NCBI GenBank assembly: GCA_951406725.2
Contig: OX597836.1
Span: forward strand, 18,104,001-18,168,000
From: Octopus vulgaris
Taxonomy: Eukaryota
Reading direction: 5' to 3'
DNA: 64,000 nucleotides
The translations under genes were made by a program, and so were the position numbers. The notes beneath the pieces were generated by a model. It was given only the letters and a program-made list of their open reading frames with translations. It was not told where the DNA came from and ran no database searches. The number at the start of each line of letters is the position of its first letter. Position 1 is the stretch's first letter. Shown here in pieces: positions 13,383 to 26,110 of this stretch.

Positions 13383-14128
13383 CCTTTCTACTATAGGCAA
13401 AAGGCCTAAAATTTAGGAGGAGGAGAAGGAGGAGGCAAGTCGATTACATCGTCCCCAGTGCTCGACTGGTACGTAATTTATCGATTCCGAAAGTATGAAA
13501 GCAAAGTGGACAACGGCAGAATTTGAAATCAGAACGTGAAGATGAGCGAAATGCCACTAAGCATTTTGTCCGGCGTCATAACGATTCCACCAACTTTCCG
13601 CCTTTAAAAAATAATAATATTTCATTCTACTAAAGGACCAAGGCCTGGAATTTTTAGGGAGGAGACAAATCGATTACATCGACCCCAGTGTTTCGCTGCT
13701 ACTTATTTTATCAATCTCGAAAGTCGACCACGGATGAATTTGAAATCAGAAGGTAAAAGACGGACAAGCGGATTAAGCCGATTATATCGACTCCAGTGAG
13801 TAACTGGTACTTATTTAATCGATCCCGTAAGGAGGAAAGGCAAAGTCGACCTCGGCGGAATTTGAACTCAGAACGTAGCGGCAGACGAAATACTTATTCC
13901 TTTACTACCCACAAGGGGCTAAATACAGAGGGGACAAACAAGGACAGACAAACGGATTAAGTCGATTATATCGACCTCAGTGCGTAACTGGTACTTAATT
14001 TATCGACCCCGAAAGGATAAAAGGCAAAGTCGACCTCGGCGGAATTTGAACTCAGAACATAACGGCATACAAAATACGGCTATGCATTTCGCCCGGCGTG
14101 CTAACGTTTCTGCCAGCTCCCCGCCTTT
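13383..14128 (-). mobile_element. Cluster of SINE family 1 copies including a head + two-unit multimer (~13760-14128)
   Basis: Repeated B-box and central domain; unit junction gaataagtatttcgtctg (minus) at ~13890; head at 14090-14126. Confidence 0.85.
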
Positions 14129-15066
14129 TAATTGAGACCACTACCACCGACGCCTACATCAAAGAAATAATCATAAAACAACACTGTTGGTACTAAGACA
14201 ACAACAAATACAAGGAAAGAAAACAAGTGTAAGAACCAGAACACTTTTGGTAGCACTACTACAATCCCAACATCACAGATTACACCAGCACCTGTACCAT
14301 TGGTGACGCAATCGCCATCACGATCAACATTGCCGCTAAAATCACCAACACCACCAACACCACCGTCACCACTACCAGTACCATCACCATCATATAAACA
14401 GCACTACAACAAACAACACCTACGATTCATGACATAACCACCACCACCACTAACACCATCACCGCCATCAATAACACCATTATTGCCATCACCACTATAA
14501 TTATCATTATCACCATCGTAATCGTTGTCGTCGTCGTCATCGTCATCACCACCATCGTCGTCATCATTATCATCACCGCTATCACCACACCAAACATGAC
14601 CAACACCGCCATCACCGTGACCGCCACCATCGCCATCTCTCGGACAACCAAAACCAACACCACCATCATCAACAACTCCCCTGCTTCTACTAACTTATCA
14701 TCACCACCCATACATACCACCGCCACTACCACCACCACCACCACCACTACTACCACCTATACTGTGAAACAACCAACACGTCTGGTAACAACAACAACAA
14801 CAACAACAACAACGACGACGACTTACAACAATATCAGTGATCATAAAAATAACACCGCCATTAAGAATATTGAAAATATATAGACAACAACAACAACAAC
14901 AAGAATAACAAAACTCAATTACAACAACAACGACGACAGCAACAACAACAACAACACAATGTCTAACAAGTACACTCATCAATAGTAAATGGCGTCAAAG
15001 TCAAGAAAATATGAAATGGAACAATAAAAGAATTAATGAATATGTGTGCATGTATGTGTGAATGTG

Positions 15067-15099
<33 letters not shown>

Positions 15100-15171
15100 G
15101 TGTGTGTGTATGTACTTGTATGTGTGTGTGTGTGTGCAGACATATATGAACATACATATATGATGCATGCA

Positions 15172-15207
<36 letters not shown>

Positions 15208-15218
15208 TATATATATAC

Positions 15219-15256
<38 letters not shown>

Positions 15257-15295
15257 ATTTGAATTTTGTAATTATACATACACACACACGCACGC

Positions 15296-15346
<51 letters not shown>

Positions 15347-15388
15347 TATACTTATATATATATATATACATTTGAATTTTGTAATTAT

Positions 15389-15471
<83 letters not shown>

Positions 15472-15974
15472 CATACATTGATATATATAAGTGTATATAT
15501 ATATGTAACAAGAACAATAGTTATTTAATTTCCTTGACTTTTTATTAGTTTCAAAATGTAATTTTGGTAACTAGACTCGTGCTTCCTTTTCCTTAATTTT
15601 ACACACATACATATTCTTACACTACACACACCCACACACACCAGTGGCGAAGGGTGACAACGTGTACAACTCATGGTCGGGAGAGCAAGAAGTAAGGTTT
15701 TTACTACGCAAAGTAGCGCCTGCCTAACTGTAACTTTATTCTGCCCAAAAAGTCGAGTGAGATTGGTTTCCAAGAATCCGTGGAACTGCTTTCAGAATTT
15801 TTTTATGATAGAAGTTCATTATTCAACACCAGAATTGAGTGTCGGGACTTAAGAACAATGAGGAGCAGAATTTTATCACCTAAGCCGGAGCAGTCAACAA
15901 TGTGTGAGAAAATTTCAAACTCCAGGATCTCTCAGGATATGTTCAAATCACTTATCTTCGTGCAATGACTTATT

Positions 15975-16305
15975 GTGGCACTCCGTCGGTTACGACGACG
16001 AGGGTTCCAGTTGATACGATCAACGGAACAGCCTGCTCGTGAAATTAACATGCAAGTGGTTGAGCGCTCCACAGACAACAGACACGTGAGCCCTTAACGT
16101 AGTTTTCGGGGACATTCAGCATGATACAGAGTGTGACAAGGCTGGCCCTTTGAAATACAGGTACAACAGAAACAGGAAAAAAGAGTGAGAGAAAGTTGTG
16201 GTGAAAGAGTACAGCAGGGTTCGCTACCCCACTGCCGGAGCCTCGTGGAACTTTCGGTGTTTTCGCTCAATAAACACTCACAACGCCCGGTATGGGAATC
16301 GAAAC
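15975..16305 (-). mobile_element. SINE family 3 (tRNA-derived head, distinct body)
   Basis: Minus strand has a B-box-like gtttcgattcccataccgggcg and ends ...tcgtcgtaaccgacggagtgccac; resembles a cephalopod repeat from memory; one clear copy here. Confidence 0.55.
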
Positions 16306-16699
16306 AACAACATCAAAGATTCAGTGATACCGGAAAGGAATATGGAGTAAAGAAGAAGAAAAAACACACACAAAAAAAACGATCAGTGAATAATTAGAGA
16401 AAAGGAAAGTACGAGTAAAATAGCTTCACAGTGATGGCCTATCACCACAAGTCAAGGGATCACAGACACACTGAGGACTACCAACAACTGTAAAACAAGG
16501 TGCCTAGTCTGTGGCTGACACGCCTCACTAGTAAGCATACCCACATAGCAGCATCATTTGATTCATTGATAAGCAAGCCAGAATCAATAGGAAACTAGAT
16601 ACGAGAAGGAGACTACTTTCATGAATCCTTGAATACTTTCAAACACGAATACTTTCAACTGAAAGATCTTACAAATTTACTACAATCTGAATCAAGTGT

Positions 16700-18110
16700 T
16701 TCTTTGATTAAAAACTTAAATTGTGGTCAACAAGCAACATTTCAGATCAATAAAGAAGCAATTCAGTTCAAAAGGAGATACTCACAGTCACAAGAACCTT
16801 AATGCTAAAATTTTGTTTATTGACGGGGCTGGTGGATCAGGTAAAACTTTTATCTCTGGTGTCGTTCTCTCCTATGTCCAAAAAAAAGGAAAGATAGGAA
16901 TAGCAACTGCATCATCTGCTATAGCTGTATTGCTACTTGCTAATTCAAGGGCCGATTCCGCTTTCTCCCTTCTCGTTAATCCAGTGAATGGTACCATATG
17001 AAATATATCCACAAAGAGTGACAAAGTAACTGACATCATTCCGGCTGATGCTATAATCTGGGAGAATTACTCCCATGTTTCACCGTTTCCTCTAAGAGGC
17101 ATTGAATAGGACATTAAAGGATCTTATCAAAACAGCTGATCCCTGCATTGAACATCTGTTTGGTGGAAAATTCGGCGGGCATTACCAACGAATATTTTCT
17201 ATCATTAAATATGGAAGTAGACCAGTGATATTAGGTTGTCCCAAAAGTTCGTAAACACTTGCGAAAATTGAATTTTTACTCGCCAAGTACTAACAAAAAC
17301 AACAAAAATTATTCCTCAAAATAAAGACCATTATTTTCCAAGACTTTCTACGAACTTTTGGGACAACCTTATAAAAGCCAGCAGATTCAACAATCCATCT
17401 TTATGGAAACATGTAAAAAAAAAATTCAACTGAGAGAAAATATGCAATTAAAAGCTTATGCACAGAATTCAGAAGATCAAAACAACCAAATTCAGCTCAA
17501 CAAATTTATACTTCATGTAGGAAATGGTTCTTTAGTAGAAGACACAAATGATGAAATTACTATACCCCAGAGATGTTACATTGTTCATGATGTCAATGAC
17601 CGCATTTCCTTGGTTTTCAACAGAAATGTCATACAAGAATGCATTGCCGAGTCGGGAAAACCTTTCAAAATTTTTGTTTTAGCACCATATAATAATCAAT
17701 GTTGATCTCATTAATGAGGAAATACTGGAACTCATTCCAGGAGATGAAAAGCTTCTCTTTAATGATGATCAGTGATTACATCAGGCTGACCCTTCAGAAT
17801 TCACTACAAAATATGTAAATACTTTAACCATTTCCAGTAAACCATCACACATATACAAATAAAGACTAATGTTGTTATTATACTCTTACGTAGAATTAAC
17901 GAATCTAATGGCATTTGTAACGGTATATGTTTAGTTATTCAAGTCGTTTAAGATAAAGTCATTAACACAAAAAAGAGTTCCCTATTAAATTAGCAAGGGC
18001 AATGACACTTAATAAATGATGAGGACAAACATTTGAATAGATCGCTTTATATTTACCAAAGCCCTTATTCACACATGGACAGCAATATGTTGCCTCCTCC
18101 AGAGAGCCCA
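16700..18110 (+). pseudogene. Decayed PIF1-family (Helitron RepHel-type) helicase
   Basis: Walker A FIDGAGGSGKTF, ATASSAIAVLLL, ALNRTLKDL...FGGK, QLRENM, LAPYN, FPIKLARAMTLNK*GQTF, FTHGQQYVASSR; many stops and frameshifts. Confidence 0.85.
17231..17371. mobile_element. Mariner-derived MITE inserted in the helicase pseudogene
   Basis: TIRs ttaggttgtcccaaaagttcgta / tacgaacttttgggacaacctta, TA on both sides. Confidence 0.9.
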
Positions 18111-18499
18111 CATGGTTTCTGAGATTGAACATTACACACAAATACATACACACTCACACACACACGCATACATATATATAGAAAACAAATTTATTTTATT
18201 CCACACGGGTAGAAATATAAGGAAAATAGAAGTTGAAAAATGCACTGAGAATAGTTAAAATATTTTTTATTAGTATATTTAATGCTTGAACCGGTTTCAC
18301 AGTTTTTACATTGATTTTCAAAAAGTTCAAATAGAAAAACGTGGCTTATGGCGCAGCTGTCTTGCTTCTGACTAGAATTTGAAGCTTGTCCTATTGTCTT
18401 GAATATGATTTGTTTGATAGAGGACAGCCACATGATTGGTCTCAGAAAGTTTTGTAGGTTCCCCCTACGCCCCTGTGTTAGAATCAAGTGACACATGTC

Positions 18500-18750
18500 T
18501 GTGTCCACTCAGTGAAATCTGTCAAGTACTGGGCAAAAATGAAGTCCCCCAAATTCCAGGTCTTCCCACTCTACCTAAGTTTAGCGAATACCACAGATGA
18601 CGCAGGGATAAACAAAGAAAATACTTTCATAGAAAAGTACAAACCAAAACATAACAAATCTTAACAGAGTACATACACAAATAACTATTCACATACAAAA
18701 CTCATTCTCACACTCATCATGAGGAAGCTACACAGCGAACAACCTGAACT
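18500..18750 (+). mobile_element. Penelope-like element 3' remnant (GIY-YIG C-terminus plus degenerate hammerhead)
   Basis: CPLSE...PKFQVFPLY...KENTFIEKYKPKHNKS* (stop 18662-18664) matches the PLE endonuclease tail pattern (E..FI..KP.LN); followed by atgaggaagct-acac-agcgaac. Confidence 0.65.
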
Positions 18751-19269
18751 TTAGCCACTGGACTACACACAAACGACTCCTGTCCACTCTCAACAGATTA
18801 AATTTAGAGTACCTTGATTATAGATAAACATGGTCACTCAACCGTGTCGGCCATCTTTTTGGGAGCAAAATATACTGTCACGAGACACTAACGCACGGAC
18901 ATAGCGGGAAATGCACACAAGAAGGTTATAAACTTCATCAAATGTTCATTCTCTACAAACACCTGACAGAAAACATCCAGAGTATATATTGTTTATATAT
19001 GTTCAGTCAATTGTGTCGGCCTTAACTTACAACACCAAAGATTGTCACTTGATACAAAAACACGGACGTAGCGGGCATACTACAAAAATTTCTAAGATCA
19101 GTCATGTGGCTATCCTCTACTCGAGCCATGAACTCTCTATAAAAACAGGGCAAACTTCAAACACTAGCCAAAAGCGAGTCCGGCATATAGAATTCTGAAA
19201 TCGTTCAAACCAACCAATACCTGAATTAAAATGTCTATCAGTGTTAGTATATTTACCACAATTTCTGCC

Positions 19270-19600
19270 GCGCTGGCGGAGCCGTTAGTAACGAAATGCT
19301 TAGCGTCTCCTTATGCGCTCTAAGATTCTGACGAAGTCGAATTTGCTTTTCACTCATTCAGGGTCGGAAAAAAAGTACCATTTGAGCATTGGTATCGTTG
19401 TAATTGACTAGTCATCTCTGTAAACTTGCTGGCTTGTGCTGAAATTTGAAACCATAAATGTGGCGAGCTGGCATATTTTCAAGAGCCACGGACTAAATGC
19501 TTATCGACATTACTGGTTTAATATACGTCCTGATAAAAAAAATTCAGCCGAGATTAACTTTGCCCTTTATCATTTCTTGGCCGATAAAACTTTTTAGTAC
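19270..19600 (+). mobile_element. Two old SINE family 1 copies
   Basis: gctggcggagccgttag / ggcgagctggca heads and degenerate central domains. Confidence 0.6.
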
Positions 19601-19707
19601 TAAAATGTTTTGACAACGCCAAGACATTTTAATATCGTTCACTATCTTTTTCGCGTCTCGGGTTAATTTATACAATACTTGCACGAAAATAATCATCACC
19701 TAGTAAA

Positions 19708-20007
19708 ATGGAAGCACATAATACTTCAGATCCCATGAAGGATTTGGAATTACTGCAGCAGATTTCGGCATTATATTGGCTTTACCAGCAAGATTCGACT
19801 TTCTATAAGGCTGTCACTTTGGGTAGAGTCGCTCACGATATTTGGAAGAGGGTGTCCGATGAACCAAAAATCAAAATGCTAAGGAACCAAACCATTATGT
19901 CTATTGCTGCCTACGTTAAAGAGCATCCGAGGGCCAGAGAGAGTGAACTTATCAGTGAAATAGAAAAGCGAATCGAGGGGTTCAAAACCGCAGTGGAAAA
20001 TATGTAG
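19708..20007 (+). CDS. Intronless 99-aa uncharacterised, probably all-helical protein
   Basis: Full-complexity ORF with aaaATGG context, in-frame upstream TAA at 19690, TAG stop, AATAAA at 20023-20028; amphipathic patterning; no TE motif recognised. Confidence 0.7.
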   Translation: MEAHNTSDPMKDLELLQQISALYWLYQQDSTFYKAVTLGRVAHDIWKRVSDEPKIKMLRNQTIMSIAAYVKEHPRARESELISEIEKRIEGFKTAVENM

Positions 20008-20592
20008 AACGAGGGACACCAAAATAAAAGAATGCTCCATAACATTGTCAAATGGACAGCAAAAGGAAGAGAAGTATTTCGGTGTATTATATAAATCTGA
20101 GATCCAATGAAGTTGTTGAAATACATATATATATATATATATATATAATCATAGACAGACCACAAAAGAGAAGGAATAACACTTGATGCCTTTGTTATGA
20201 TCATTATTACAAGGGTCTCTTCAAAATCCTGCTAGGTTCAATCTTTACTTTTCATTTTTCTTGGGTTAATATAATCAACTGTGCACTCTCTCCCAACATT
20301 TATGCTTTTTATACATATACTAAATATTGTTCTTAAAGTAGAGCACTGGACAAATATATCTATCACAAATATATGCATCACGTAAATTCAAATCCTGCTT
20401 GGTCAACTCTGTTTTTTCACAGTTTAAAATCTTCTATTTATTTATTTGGAGGTGAGATGGGTGTTGCCAATGAAATAATATATCTTAAATTGGCATTCAT
20501 ATAATTTGTGGCCTTGAATCTATACTGAAAATCATTTTATAACACTTTTCTAATATATGTATATATATGTACATACATATACATACACACAT

Positions 20593-20711
<119 letters not shown>

Positions 20712-20905
20712 CATACATTTATGTGTGCATGTTCATTCAGTTATGTATGTATGTATGTGTATGTAATTGAGTGATCGACTGGCTAATTGATTAATTGAGT
20801 GAGAGATCGATATATACACATTAATCTTGATGTAAGAGTAAACAAGTATTTCAATTTAGGAATTAATATTTATTTATTGTTTTACTCTGCACATAAGCAA
20901 ACACA

Positions 20906-20967
<62 letters not shown>

Positions 20968-21011
20968 CTTACACATTTCTATTGTAAATACATACATACA
21001 TACACACACAA

Positions 21012-21105
<94 letters not shown>

Positions 21106-21175
21106 TGGCTCACGCAATCACATATATGTAAATATTCAGAGATATGTGTATGTGTCTATAATCTGTCTCTATTTC

Positions 21176-21225
<50 letters not shown>

Positions 21226-21463
21226 TGTGTGTGTGTGTGTGTGTGTTTCTGTATGTATGTATGTATGAATATATGCGTACACTTTATATATATTTATATT
21301 TGTATATATGCACTCACTATATATACACATATACGCGCGCAGAATCAGACTGGGGGAAATGGAGAAATGAAATGGAATGAAGATTACCGAAAAAATATGA
21401 TGTAAGAAGATAAGACATAGCATACCAGGTATCGGCCTTCTAAGAGATACACATTCACACACG

Positions 21464-21500
<37 letters not shown>

Positions 21501-21604
21501 GCATCCATATACATACATATATATATATATATACACACACGCATGAATATGCACACACTAGCATACGTATATACAGTAATACAAACATTTTTCACTGGAT
21601 TATC

Positions 21605-21675
<71 letters not shown>

Positions 21676-21817
21676 TATATATATATATATACATATATAT
21701 ATACACACACATATATATACATATATATGCATGCATATATACATGTGTATGCTTCTATATATATGTAAATATTTATATGCACATATACATGCATATATAT
21801 ATATATATGCAAATACG

Positions 21818-21850
<33 letters not shown>

Positions 21851-22297
21851 CATATAGTGATATATATGTATATATGAATATATCTCCGTGTATATGTATA
21901 TACGACCCTAAATATGAATATTTCCCTGTTTAGGGCTGTATCAAATTACATACAAAAATAGGCATTCTCAGTGTATACGTGTAGGCGAGTGTGTATGTGT
22001 ATATGTGTATATGCGTTTATGTGTTCGTGTATACGCGTGTGTGTGAGTGTGTCTGACTGTTTGTTTCTTTATGAATAAACATTTGTGTGTATGTGAGTTT
22101 TATTTTTCCCTATCAGATCTCATGAGTACATGAGGATAAAATCTTAGAGTATAGCCTACGCTATATACATACATACATACATACATACATACATACATTC
22201 ACAAATATACATACATATATGTGTGCGCGTGTGTTTGTATATGTATATATATATATCCACATATAAATATATATATATATGCATATATATGCATATG

Positions 22298-22334
<37 letters not shown>

Positions 22335-22976
22335 AATAGATAGATAGATAGATAGACACACATATATATATATATATATATACACGCATGTACTAGTTCT
22401 CTCATTATGCTTTCTGTCCACACACACACACACACACATACATAAACACATTCACACACACGCATACAGACGCACGTACTCACACACACATACACGCATA
22501 CACAAACACGCACACACACACACACACACACATACACACACGCACAAACACATACACACACAAATGCACACACACACACACACAAAGCGAAACAAAACTT
22601 CCACACAGGAAATGCGTTTTCGTTTCCGAACAAACAGTTTTTGAAATTCAGTAAATATACTTCCATTTCAATTTTCCCTTCATAAGCAAAGAGTTCCATA
22701 TCCGCTAATCCACGTTGTTTTCACTTAACGTCGATGGATCGCCATGAAAATTGAGGATTTAATAGAGAAATAAAGAAGCCGGTTTATATATTATTCTTCA
22801 TGTATCGTCGAATCTGGAGAAGACGATCTTTTATTCTTTGCATTAGTGCAGGAATTATTAAAATCTCTTCTTAATCTCCTCAACCGATTTTCATTCCCTA
22901 GATTGCTTACATCATTTCATGATGCAAACTACCTCATCCATCATCTTCCTTTTTCTCTATCTCGTGTTCTTTGTGC

Positions 22977-23085
<109 letters not shown>

Positions 23086-23117
23086 GACAAATATGCGTAT
23101 ATGTATATATGTATATA

Positions 23118-23149
<32 letters not shown>

Positions 23150-23151
23150 CA

Positions 23152-23201
<50 letters not shown>

Positions 23202-23927
23202 CATACATACACATATATATATATATACATATGTATACATACGCACACACACACACACACATACACATATATATGGGATAAACATACTTTCGTGTGTACT
23301 TACGTGCGTGTGTACGTATAGCTCTCTTTCTATATTCTCACTCTATGCCTTTCAGTCTCTCTGTATATTTTTGAGTGAGAGAGCAGTGCATGCCATCAAA
23401 GTGACAATGGGGTAAGATATACGAAGCCCAGTATACCCATCATGACTACCCGTCCGATAAGGGTACACCAGGCACATGCATCACAACCTTATGTGCGCGA
23501 CATGGTGATCTCATATCAAGACAAACAGTGCATGACCTTGCAGGTGGGAGCCCAGTTAGAAATTTTCTTCTGGTCGAGTAACCCATCCCGCTCAAAAGGT
23601 CCCTGAATAAGGATCGTTTAAGGATGTTGAACGAACCACTCATGTTTCCAAAGGTGAATTATCCATACCTCCAAGAATTCATTTCTACACACGGCTATGA
23701 TGCTCCGCCACTACTTCTGCTCGTGATCAGAGATGCACATATCGTTAGGCCTAAGGGACATGGTCAACTAGTTAAGGTCAAACAACTGACAAGCAAATCA
23801 GTGGTATTGAGCAGAAAATTTGCTGTAGCCCATCTTTCATACCATGACAAAACAATCTACATGATAACACTTCCAATCAGTTAAGATCAGAAGCCATGAG
23901 AGCCACTGTCTGGTACTGCATCAGGGC

Positions 23928-23991
<64 letters not shown>

Positions 23992-24045
23992 TATTATTAT
24001 TATTATTTATTATTATTGTTATCATTATTATTATTATTATTATTA

Positions 24046-24130
<85 letters not shown>

Positions 24131-24322
24131 CAGCTTCATCATTACTACTGGCATTTTTTCCAATATATCCATCTGCCTTTCACAATTTCTACATGTGCAA
24201 TTGTCTGCCTATATATTGTAATTTCTGCTCGCACGTCTATTACACATGCTATGTATATGCATGTGTGTATGCATGATTCTATGTATGCATGTATGTATGT
24301 ATATATATATATGTATAAATAA

Positions 24323-24365
<43 letters not shown>

Positions 24366-24902
24366 GATAGACTGAGAAGAGAGTCGTTGTGTGAGATAGA
24401 GATAAATATAGATTGATAGATTGTTTATATAAATGCATACGTATACTTACATCTATACGAACATATACGAATATACACATATGTATATACATATGCGTGT
24501 ATGTGTGTGAAACCGCTACAATCTAGATATCTAAAAATTTATTTATTTATCTAATATGTATATTTATTAAGTCAATTTATAACTCCTTATCTTTTTCTTT
24601 ATCTTTACACATTATCATCTCTCCGTTACCTTCTTTCTTAATCAATCTCCGCATCTATCTCCATTAATCCTTGTGTACGTCTATATCCATCATTCTAGTT
24701 ATCGATCTGCTGATTATATTTTTCCATCGAAGCATACACGCCCCTCTGTATCAGCATTTCACTGTTTTATAACCAGCAGCTTATATATAAGCAGAAATAT
24801 TTTGAACAAAAGTTAGTATTGCTCTATATTTTGTCATTATATTGGCCCTGTAGATCAGCTGCAGACAATGTTGACAGAGTTAGACATCTAAAGTGTAGTA
24901 CT

Positions 24903-25300
24903 CTCTTTACTCTTTTACTCTTTTACTTGTTTCAGTCATTTGACTGCGGCCATGCTAGAGCACCGCCTTTAGTCGAGCAAATCGACCCCGGGACTTATTC
25001 TTTGTAAGCCCAGTACTTATTCTATCGGTCTCTTTTGCCGAACCGCTAGGTGACGGGGACGTAAACACACCGGCATCGGTTGTCAAGCAATGCTAGGGGG
25101 ACAAACACAGACACACAAACATACATATATATACATATATACGACGGGCTTCTTTCAGTTTCCGTCTACGAAATCCACTCACAAGGCTTTGGTCGGCCCG
25201 AGGCTAGAATAGAAGACATTTTCCCAAGGTGGCACGCAATGGGACTGAACCCGGAACCATGTGGTTGGTAAACAAGCTACTTACCACACAGCCACTCCTG
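24903..25300 (-). mobile_element. SINE family 2 (tRNA head, CORE-like ccttgggcaagt), full length
   Basis: Reverse complement near-identical to 48138-48562 and 63158-63548; internal (TA)/(TG) microsatellite; (taaaagag)n tail. Confidence 0.9.
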
Positions 25301-25379
25301 CGACTTAGTAGTCTCCTGTAGTAGTAGACTATAAAAAAACTTCCCTTAAACAAAGTATACGTGATTCAAAACAATATCG

Positions 25380-26110
25380 CGTGTCTTAATAGAGATGGAG
25401 AGCCATAAATCGAGGAGGTAAAGGCGTACGACTACTTGAGGCGTACAGTGAATATACGACGAGACATAGATGCTAAAATTGCGAGGGGATTGATGGCCGG
25501 ATGAAAGGCGTTAATCGGTATAAAGGATGTGATATAAGGCGGCGAGCTGGCAGAAACGTTAGCACGCCGGGCGAAATGCGTCGCCGTATTTCGTCTGCCG
25601 TTACGTTCTGAGTTCAAATTCCGCCGAGGTCGACTTTGCCTTTCATCCTTTCGGGGTCAATAAATTAAGTACCAGTTACGCACTGGGGTCGAAATATAAT
25701 CGACTTAATCCGTTTGTCTGTCCTTGTTTGTCCTCTCTATGTTTAGCCCCTTGTGGGTAGTAAAGAAATGGAAATAAGTATTTCGTCTGCGTTACGTTGT
25801 GAGTTCAAATTCCGCCGAGGTCGACTTTGCCTTTCATCCTTTCGGAGTCGATAAATTTAAGTACCAGTTACGCACTGGGGTCGATGTAATCGACTTAATA
25901 CCTATGTCTGTCCTTGTTAGTCCCCTCTATGTTTAGCCCCTTGTGGGTAATAAAGAAATAGGTATAAAGGATGTGATCAAAGCAAGCCTGAGCAAGGCCC
26001 CACGTGCCGGACTCTTCAATAGCACCGTCATACCTGTTTTGTTACGCCCAACTGAGATGTGAGTTACTACGAAGAGAGAGGGAAATCGAGTGGCTAAAGA
26101 CACAAAGGAC
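25380..26110 (+). pseudogene. RTE-clade LINE fragment split by a SINE dimer
   Basis: IEEVKAYDYL...IARGLMAG*KALIGIKDVI [SINE] RAGLFNSTVIPVLLRPTEM* resembles RTE YLG...EI.RR..AGW and LFNSTVLP.MLY..ETW. Confidence 0.65.
25538..25960 (+). mobile_element. SINE family 1, head + two tandem units, 17-bp TSD
   Basis: TSD ggtataaaggatgtgat at 25517-25533 and 25961-25977. Confidence 0.92.

Noticed and set aside
25538-25630. tRNA gene from A/B boxes
   Set aside because: Head of a multi-copy SINE; no cloverleaf or terminator.
25775-25960. Retrozyme call for the tandem SINE unit
   Set aside because: No CTGANGA...GAAA core found on either strand of the unit.
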